Assembly (NCBI GenBank): GCA_040218735.1
Contig: JAVJQW010000070.1
Coordinates: 320,001 to 384,000 of the forward strand
Origin: Deltaproteobacteria bacterium
Lineage (GTDB): Bacteria; Myxococcota; Kuafuiibacteriia; Kuafuiibacteriales; Kuafuiibacteriaceae
DNA length: 64,000 nt
Direction of reading: 5' to 3'
The notes beneath the pieces were generated by a model. That model was given only the letters and a program-made list of their open reading frames with translations. It had not been told where the DNA came from and ran no database searches. Numbering within the stretch: the stretch's first letter is position 1; every line of letters starts with the position of its first letter. The translations under genes and the position numbers were made by a program. Shown here one piece after another: positions 55,214 to 64,000 of the stretch.

Positions 55214-57736
55214 CTACTTGGCGATGAGGTTCAGGATCTTGCCGGGTTTGTAGATCACGCGGACGAGGTTCTTGCCCTCCAGCTGCCGCGCCACCGACTC
55301 GTTCGCCTTTGCGGCGGCTACGGCCGTCGCCTCGTCGGCGTCGACCGGGATCTCGATCTCCCCGCGCGTCTTCCCCATCACCTGGACGCCCATCTTCATG
55401 GTGTCCTCGACGAGGTACTTTTCGTCCGCCTCGGGCCACGCGGCGTAGCTGATCCCGCCCTCGTGACCGAGCCCCTTCGCCCACAGCTCCTCCGCGATGT
55501 GCGGCGCGAGCGGCTGGATGAGCTGCGCGAGCGGGCCGAGGATCGCCTTCGACGTCGTCTTCAGCTGGGTGAGATCGCGCGTCGCGATGTGCAGCGCGGA
55601 GACCGCCGTGTTGAGCGCGAGCTTTTCGTAGTCTTCGCTCACCTTCGCGATCGCCTTGTGGAGGATCTTCAGCTCCTCCGCCGTCGGCTCCGCGTCCGTC
55701 GCGCGCGGCGTGTCGTCGTCGCCCTCGAAGTACAGACGCCACACCCGCTCCAGCCACTTGAACTGCGCCTGGATGCCGCCCGGCGCCCACGGCTTGTCCT
55801 GGTCGAGCGGCCCGAGGAACGCGATGTAGACGCGCATCGCGTCGGCGCCATAGTCGCGGATGACGTCGTCCGGGTTCACGACGTTCCCCTTCCGCTTCGA
55901 CATCTTCTCGATGCGCTGCGTGAGCACCTCACCGGTGCCCTTCTCGACGTACGTGCCGTCCTTCTCCTCGACGTCGTTCCACGCGACGATCCGCTTGTCG
56001 TCGCGGTAGTACGTGAACGCCTGCACCATCCCCTGGTGGAACAGCTTCGTCGCGAACTCCGCGTCGCGCACGAGCCCCTCGTCGTGCAGGAACCGCTGCC
56101 ACATCCGCGAGTACATCAGGTGCCCCACGGCATGCTCCGGGCCGCCGACGTACAGGTCGACGGGCATCCAGTAGTCCGACTTCTCCCGCGCGCAGAACGC
56201 CTCGTCGTTGTGCGGGTCGCAGTAGCGCAGGAAGTACCAGCTCGACCCCGCCGAGCCCGGCATCGTCTGCGTCTCGCGCAGGAGCTTCTCGCCGGTCTTC
56301 GGATCGTCGACCTCCACCCACGCGCGCGCGAGCGACAGCGGCGACTCACCGGTGCCCGTCGGCGCGTACTGCTCGACCGCCGGGAGCTCGAGCGGAAGCT
56401 CGTCCACGTCCAACGCGCGCACCACCTCGCCCGCCGCGTTCTTCAGCACCGGGATCGGCTCGCCCCAGTAGCGCTGCCGCGCGAACGTCCAGTCGCGGAG
56501 CTTGTAGTTGATCGTGCCCTCGCCGAAGCCCTGCTCCGCGAGCCACGCCGTGACCTTCTTCTTCGCCTCGCCGTCCGCGGTCGGCGTGCCGTCGAAGTCG
56601 CCGCTGTTGATCATCTCGCCTTCGCCGACGTGCGCGCCTTCGGACACGTCGCCGCCCGAGATCACCGGCACGATCGACAGCTCCATCGCCTTCGCAAACG
56701 CCCAGTCGCGCTCGTCGTGTCCGGGCACGGCCATAATCGCGCCGGTGCCGTAGCCGTAGATCACGTAGTCGGAGATCCAGATCGGGATCTGCGCCCCCGT
56801 CGCCGGGTTCGTCGCACGCGCACCGGTGTCCGCGCCGGTCTTCTCCTTCGTGGTCTGCCGGTCGATCTCACTCATCGCCGCCGTGCGCGCCTGGTACGCC
56901 TCGACGGCCTCCCGCTGCGCGTCCGTGGTGATCTCGGCGACGATCGGGTGCTCGGGCGCCACGACCATGTACGTCGCGCCGAACACGGTGTCGGGGCGCG
57001 TCGTGAACACGCGGAGCTTCTCGTCGGAGCCTTCGATCAAGAAGTCGATGTGCGCGCCCTCCGAGCGCCCGATGCGCTCACGCTGCGCAAGTTTGGTTGC
57101 GTCGGCCCAGTCGATCGTCTCGAGCCCCTCGAGCAGCTTCTCGGCGTAGTCGGTGATGCGAATCATCCACTGCCGCATCCGCTTGCGCTCGACCGGGTGG
57201 CCGCCGCGCTCCGACTTGCCGTCGATGACCTCGTCGTTCGCGAGCACCGTCCCGAGCGCCGGGCACCAGTTCACGAAGGTGTCGGCCTCGTACGCCAGCC
57301 CCTTCTCGAGCAGCTTCGTGAAGATCCACTGCGTCCACTTGTAGAAGTCCGGCGACGCCGTCGAGACCTCGCGCGTCCAGTCGTACGAGAAGCCGCACAT
57401 CTTGAGCTGGCGGCGGAACGTCTCGATCGACTCCGCCGTCGACTGCTGCGGGGGGACGCCCTCGTCGATCGCCTTCTGTTCGGCGGGGAGCCCGAAGGCG
57501 TCGTAGCCCATCGGGTGGAGGACGTTGAAGCCCTGCGCGCGGCGCTTGCGGGAGACGACGTCCGCGCCGATGTAACTCGCCGGGTGGCCGACGTGCAGCC
57601 CCTTGCCCGACGGGTACGGGAACATGTCGAGCGCATAGAACTTGGGGAGGGAGAAGTCGTCCTTGGCGACGAAGGTCCCTTCGTCATCCCAGAACTTCTG
57701 CCAACGGGGCTCGATCTCGGTCGGGCGGTACGGCAT
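55214..57736 (-). CDS. leuS: Leucine--tRNA ligase
   Basis: MFPYPSGKGLHVGH, FTTRPDT, GAIMAVPGHDERD, RQRYWGEP, KMSKR. Confidence 0.97.
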   Translation of the reverse strand: MPYRPTEIEPRWQKFWDDEGTFVAKDDFSLPKFYALDMFPYPSGKGLHVGHPASYIGADVVSRKRRAQGFNVLHPMGYDAFGLPAEQKAIDEGVPPQQSTAESIETFRRQLKMCGFSYDWTREVSTASPDFYKWTQWIFTKLLEKGLAYEADTFVNWCPALGTVLANDEVIDGKSERGGHPVERKRMRQWMIRITDYAEKLLEGLETIDWADATKLAQRERIGRSEGAHIDFLIEGSDEKLRVFTTRPDTVFGATYMVVAPEHPIVAEITTDAQREAVEAYQARTAAMSEIDRQTTKEKTGADTGARATNPATGAQIPIWISDYVIYGYGTGAIMAVPGHDERDWAFAKAMELSIVPVISGGDVSEGAHVGEGEMINSGDFDGTPTADGEAKKKVTAWLAEQGFGEGTINYKLRDWTFARQRYWGEPIPVLKNAAGEVVRALDVDELPLELPAVEQYAPTGTGESPLSLARAWVEVDDPKTGEKLLRETQTMPGSAGSSWYFLRYCDPHNDEAFCAREKSDYWMPVDLYVGGPEHAVGHLMYSRMWQRFLHDEGLVRDAEFATKLFHQGMVQAFTYYRDDKRIVAWNDVEEKDGTYVEKGTGEVLTQRIEKMSKRKGNVVNPDDVIRDYGADAMRVYIAFLGPLDQDKPWAPGGIQAQFKWLERVWRLYFEGDDDTPRATDAEPTAEELKILHKAIAKVSEDYEKLALNTAVSALHIATRDLTQLKTTSKAILGPLAQLIQPLAPHIAEELWAKGLGHEGGISYAAWPEADEKYLVEDTMKMGVQVMGKTRGEIEIPVDADEATAVAAAKANESVARQLEGKNLVRVIYKPGKILNLIAK

Positions 57737-57908
57737 CGCGACCGCGTTCCTAACACCGGCGCGCGAGCGAATCGACCATTCGTCGGCCTGCGTCATCGTC
57801 CCCGCCGCGCCGGTGAGCGCCCTCACGATCGGCGCTCGGGATGAATTCGACTCGACGGTCGGTCCTTACCGCGCCGCTTCTGGATCCGAAGCGGTAGAGG
57901 GAGGGCTC

Positions 57909-60095
57909 ATGCACCGAAATCACTACGCGCTGCTCTGCGTCTTCGCGGTCGGCTGCCAGTGCGGCGACGGCGCGACCGAAGCGCTGTACGACCCGGACTG
58001 CTCGGGGTGCCGCGGCGAAGGGGAGTCGTGCACGTTCCCCATCAACTGCCGAGGCGGAACCGTCTGCAACAACGAGCGCTACGAGTACTACGACGCCGAA
58101 CAGCCCGCCGACATCTGCGTCACCTACGTCTGCCGCACCGACGACGACTGCATCCTGGACCGGGTCTGCACCCTCGAAAACCTCTGCCGCGCCCCCGTGT
58201 GCCAGACGGACGCGGACTGCGACGGCGCCGCCTGCGTCGGGGGCGTCTGCGGTGACACGCCCAACGCCAGCGCCGCCGTGCGCTGCGTGATCGTCTCGCC
58301 CCACCCCACGCTCGCGGTCGGCGACTCCGCGATGCTCGAAGCCATCGCGCTGGACGCCGACGGCCGCGTGCTCCCGCGGGCGGCGTTCAACTGGTCCTCG
58401 GCGGCGACCACCGCCGCGACGGTCGACGGCGCGATCGTCACCGGCGTCGGCGCGGGCGCCGCGCCGATCTCCGCGAGCATCCGCGACGCCCCCAACGTGC
58501 GATGCAGCGGACGCGTGGCCCAGGTCTTCGCGCCGATCGCGCCGACCGGGGAAGGCGCGCGGGTCGTCGTGGTCGACGCGGCCGACGGCGCCCCGATCGA
58601 AGACGCGGAAGTCACGCTCCTCGCCGACACGTCGCTGGTCCTCCGCACCGACGGCCGGGGTCACGTCGTCACCGCCTCGACCGCGACCATCACGGCGGTC
58701 ACCGTGACGAAACCGGGCTGGCGGTCCGTGTCGATCCTCGAGCCGGGCACGAACGACCTCTTCGTGACGCTCCCCCGCGCGCCGGACATCACGCGGGCTG
58801 GCGGGATCCGTGGGGGCATCGACGTTTCGGCCAACCCAACGATCGGCGACCTCGACGCCCTCGTCGTCTACCACGCGCGCTCGCCGGACCTGTTCGAGTA
58901 CCGCGCGCTGCCGGCCGTCGACATCGTGCCCACGCGCATCAACCTCGAAGGGCTGGACTTCGACGAGACACTCCCGCTCCCCGGCAACATGGTGCTCAGC
59001 TTCGGCTCCCGCGAGTTCACACGCGACGAGCGCCGCTGCGTCGGCACCAACCCCGAAGGCCTCGGCTGCTTCGCGACGCGCGCCCCCGTCGGCATGGGCG
59101 CCGCGTGGGTCATGGGCGGGCGCTACAAGCTCTCGACGATCACCATCCTGCAGGACCAGCTTCGGGGCTTCGAGCCCAAGCCCTACGACGCCGCGGCACG
59201 CGCGGAGCTGATACGTGCGTTCGTCGGGCTCACCACGGGCGGCTGGTTCGGCGCGCTGCCCTTCGTGGAGATCGAGGACGCTCCGCGGGTCCCGATCGGG
59301 CAGGGTGCCGACTGCAGCGATCCGGCGCAGGCGATTCGGTGTCGCGGGGACTTCAACACGTACACGTCGTCCAAGATCGCGCTCGACCAGCGCGCCGGTC
59401 TGCAGAGCGTGATCCGTGCACCGTCACAACCCGCGAGGCCCGACGGCGGCTGCGACGACACGCTCGTGGTGTCGCTCTACTCGGCGCTGACCGGCCGCGG
59501 GCTGGTGCTCACCGGGTTCGGCTCCGCAGAGGACCTGGACGACAACTGCATCGTCGACGGCACGCCGTACGCGTTCAGCCTGTGGTCGGATCCGATCCCG
59601 AACGGGACCCTCCCGCTCACGACGACCCCACAGCACTCGGGGCTCGAGGGAAGCGAACAGCTCGCGGTGCTCGTCGCGGTGGACCGCGGAGAGGACGCGG
59701 CGCCGCTCGACCTCGCGCTCGTGGCGGCGCCGGTGGACCGGGTCGACGGGGCGATGGACCTGTCGGGCCAGCCGTTCCTTTCGTACCCGGAGGCGACGAT
59801 CGATCGCGCCCGCGGAACGGCGACGGTCGTGGACGGAGAAGGAACGGGGCTCAGGTTCACCTTCGATGGCGTGGACGGCGGGTGGATCGTGTTTGCGCCG
59901 CGGGATGTCGGGGCGGTGATGCTGCCGGATTCGGACGTAGTGCGAGAGGCGGCCGTGGTGACGGTGCAGGCTTTTGCTGGTGGGGAGTATGCGCAGACTT
60001 GGGCGCTTGCCTCGCCGACGCGGTACGGGCGTACGCAGCCGGTGGCCGTGACGACGACGCAGTGCGGAGAAGACCGCCCGTGCACGCTCCGCTGA
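57909..60095 (+). CDS. Cys-rich myxobacterial lipoprotein with Ig-like and carboxypeptidase-regulatory-like domains
   Basis: SD GGAGGG; AVGCQCG lipobox; CxTDxDC repeats; FNWSSAATTAATVDG (Big_2-like); GAPIEDAEV. Confidence 0.75.
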   Translation: MHRNHYALLCVFAVGCQCGDGATEALYDPDCSGCRGEGESCTFPINCRGGTVCNNERYEYYDAEQPADICVTYVCRTDDDCILDRVCTLENLCRAPVCQTDADCDGAACVGGVCGDTPNASAAVRCVIVSPHPTLAVGDSAMLEAIALDADGRVLPRAAFNWSSAATTAATVDGAIVTGVGAGAAPISASIRDAPNVRCSGRVAQVFAPIAPTGEGARVVVVDAADGAPIEDAEVTLLADTSLVLRTDGRGHVVTASTATITAVTVTKPGWRSVSILEPGTNDLFVTLPRAPDITRAGGIRGGIDVSANPTIGDLDALVVYHARSPDLFEYRALPAVDIVPTRINLEGLDFDETLPLPGNMVLSFGSREFTRDERRCVGTNPEGLGCFATRAPVGMGAAWVMGGRYKLSTITILQDQLRGFEPKPYDAAARAELIRAFVGLTTGGWFGALPFVEIEDAPRVPIGQGADCSDPAQAIRCRGDFNTYTSSKIALDQRAGLQSVIRAPSQPARPDGGCDDTLVVSLYSALTGRGLVLTGFGSAEDLDDNCIVDGTPYAFSLWSDPIPNGTLPLTTTPQHSGLEGSEQLAVLVAVDRGEDAAPLDLALVAAPVDRVDGAMDLSGQPFLSYPEATIDRARGTATVVDGEGTGLRFTFDGVDGGWIVFAPRDVGAVMLPDSDVVREAAVVTVQAFAGGEYAQTWALASPTRYGRTQPVAVTTTQCGEDRPCTLR

Positions 60096-60116
60096 CCTGA
60101 GGCACGCTAAAGAGCG

Positions 60117-60914
60117 ATGCTCCGCTCCGCCCGCGCGCACCCTGCCCTCGCGGGTGACGTCGTCGGTTACCGCCTCGTCGAGGACTGGGCGGGCGTGCAC
60201 GCGGGACGCCCGATCCGGACCGTCCCGATCCCCGGCGCCGTCCTGAGCGTGAACTTCGGGCGCCCGAACCAGCTCGTGGGCGGACCGCTCGCGCCGCGGG
60301 TGTCGCTGCTCGGCGTGCAGTCCGAGTCGCGCGCGTGGCGGTCGTGGGAGCGCACGTCATTTGTCATGGCGATCCTCACCCTGCGCGGGCTCGTGCGTTT
60401 GTTCCCCAACGCCGGTGACGCTTCGGCGGGGCAGCTCGTGGAGCTCGGTGCCCTCGTCGGCGACGCGGTGACCCACGCGCTGGCCGATGTGTGTGACGCG
60501 GCCGAGCGGTTCGACCGCATCGTGAACGCGCTCGACCGGTGGTTGCTGGCTCGCCTCCAGACCGTGCAGGCGCCGGCGGAACGGATCGTCGCTGCGCTGG
60601 ACGCGCTCGCGAGGCACCCCGTCGACGCCGTCGCTCAGGAGCTCGGTGTGTCGCGGCGACAGCTCCACCGCTGGAGCACCCGACACACGGGCGCTGCGCC
60701 GAAGGCCCTCGCGGATCTCTACCGCCTGGAGGCCAGCCTTCGCGCGGTGCAGACCGGCGTCGGCGATGCGCTCGCGGGCTTCGCGGATCAACCGCATCAG
60801 ATCCGCGCCTGGCGAAGACGCCTCGGCGTCACGCCGGGGCGCTACGTGCGCACGACGGGGTCCGAGATGGCGCGCGCCTTCGCGGCCCCCGACGCGCTTT
60901 CGTTTTATCTGTGA
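60117..60914 (+). CDS. AraC-family transcriptional regulator (C-terminal HTH)
   Basis: VAQELGVSRRQLHRW, GFADQPHQIRAWRRRLGVTPGRY. Confidence 0.8.
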   Translation: MLRSARAHPALAGDVVGYRLVEDWAGVHAGRPIRTVPIPGAVLSVNFGRPNQLVGGPLAPRVSLLGVQSESRAWRSWERTSFVMAILTLRGLVRLFPNAGDASAGQLVELGALVGDAVTHALADVCDAAERFDRIVNALDRWLLARLQTVQAPAERIVAALDALARHPVDAVAQELGVSRRQLHRWSTRHTGAAPKALADLYRLEASLRAVQTGVGDALAGFADQPHQIRAWRRRLGVTPGRYVRTTGSEMARAFAAPDALSFYL

Positions 60915-60966
60915 GCGCGTCTCATTCGTTCAATACCAAAGCCGCGCGCTCCACGATCCTCGGCCC

Positions 60967-61674
60967 ATGAGCCACCAGGTCTACCCGGGCCCCGACGGGC
61001 GCCCGTACGAAGGATTCCTCGCGACCCCCGCCACCGACGAACCCCGGCCGCTGGTCGTGCTCGGCCACGACTGGAGCGGAATCAACGCGGCCACACGAGC
61101 GGTCGCCCGACGCGTCGCGAGCTACGGCTACGCCTGCTTCGCGATCGACGCCTACGGCCAAGGCGTACGCGGCGACGAACGCGGCGACAACGCACACCTG
61201 ATGGACCCCGTGCTCGCAGACCGCGACGACCTTCGTGCGCGCCTCCTCGCCGGTTATGGGTTTGGTCGCTCCCTCCCCAGCGTGCGGTCGGATCGCGTGG
61301 CGACGCTCGGCTTCTGCTTCGGGGGCATCTGCGCGCTGGACCTCGCACGCGCGCGAGCGCCCGGGCTCCTCGGAACCATCAGCGTACACGGCGGGCTCCG
61401 CACCCCGACGTCCGCGCCCCGTATCGACGGCCGGGTCCTGCTGCTGCACGGCTGGGCCGATCCGATCGCACCGCCCGAGGACGTCGTGGCGATCGCGCGT
61501 GAGCTGACGGACGCGGGCGCGGACTGGGAGCTACGCGCCTACGGACACGCGATGCATGCCTTCACATTCGAAGGAGCGAACCAGCCCGAGGCCGGGATCG
61601 CGTTCCACCCGACGGCCGCGACGCGCGCCTGGGATGCCATCGAAGCGTTCCTCGGCGAGGTCCTCGGCCCCTGA
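60967..61674 (+). CDS. Dienelactone hydrolase family protein
   Basis: GFCFGG, HGWADP, HAMHAFT. Confidence 0.92.
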   Translation: MSHQVYPGPDGRPYEGFLATPATDEPRPLVVLGHDWSGINAATRAVARRVASYGYACFAIDAYGQGVRGDERGDNAHLMDPVLADRDDLRARLLAGYGFGRSLPSVRSDRVATLGFCFGGICALDLARARAPGLLGTISVHGGLRTPTSAPRIDGRVLLLHGWADPIAPPEDVVAIARELTDAGADWELRAYGHAMHAFTFEGANQPEAGIAFHPTAATRAWDAIEAFLGEVLGP

Positions 61675-61677
61675 CGC

Positions 61678-63807
<2,130 letters not shown>

Positions 63808-63811
<4 letters not shown>

Positions 63812-64000
63812 GTGCTGCTCCGCAGCCGCGGGTCGGCCCAGCGGTACAGCGTGTCGGCGAGCGCCATCGCGATCATCGTCGCGGCGGCGTAGACGAGGAA
63901 CACGACCATCGCGACGAGGAGGTCCTGCGCGTGCACACTCTCGAAGAGCAGCAGCCCGACGCCGGGGTGCGCGAAGACCTGCTCCACGATCACCGCGCCG
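63808..64000 (-). CDS. Peptide ABC transporter permease (OppB/DppB), C-terminal part only
   Basis: VEQVFAHPGVG, ADTLYRWADPR; runs off the window end. Confidence 0.85.

Overview
High-GC chromosomal window (about 70% GC by eye), most likely from a member of the Myxococcota, as inferred from PilZ proteins, a DUF4139 pair, an HRDVxPxN-type Ser/Thr kinase, Cys-rich lipoproteins and a type III PKS. It is densely coding, with about 52 genes and one tRNA-Arg(UCG). Core content: ramB-like regulator with aceB-aceA, addB-addA, udk, a deoxynucleoside kinase, lgt, ybaK, an rlmN-like gene, leuS, purA and peptide ABC permeases. I saw no CRISPR array, rRNA, integrase or transposase. The most intriguing locus is a compositionally atypical unit at about 50.35-53.07 kb. 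A perfect 22-bp palindrome (two overlapping operator-like boxes) overlaps a near-consensus leaderless sigma70 promoter. This drives an FAD-oxidoreductase gene that appears internally deleted and frameshifted (its N-terminal GxGxxG segment is missing from the ORF track), translationally coupled to an XRE-HTH/NACHT-like STAND NTPase. Other notable items: a 35-bp perfect inverted-repeat element built from hexamers; an internal ribosome-binding site inside an AraC-GyrI gene; a sigma28-like -10 box shared by two orphan genes; an enzyme resembling eukaryotic neutral sphingomyelinase; a cNMP-ABC protein with a degenerate ATPase; and a CPBP protease with 20-aa tandem repeats. All calls come from reading motifs by eye; no searches were run.
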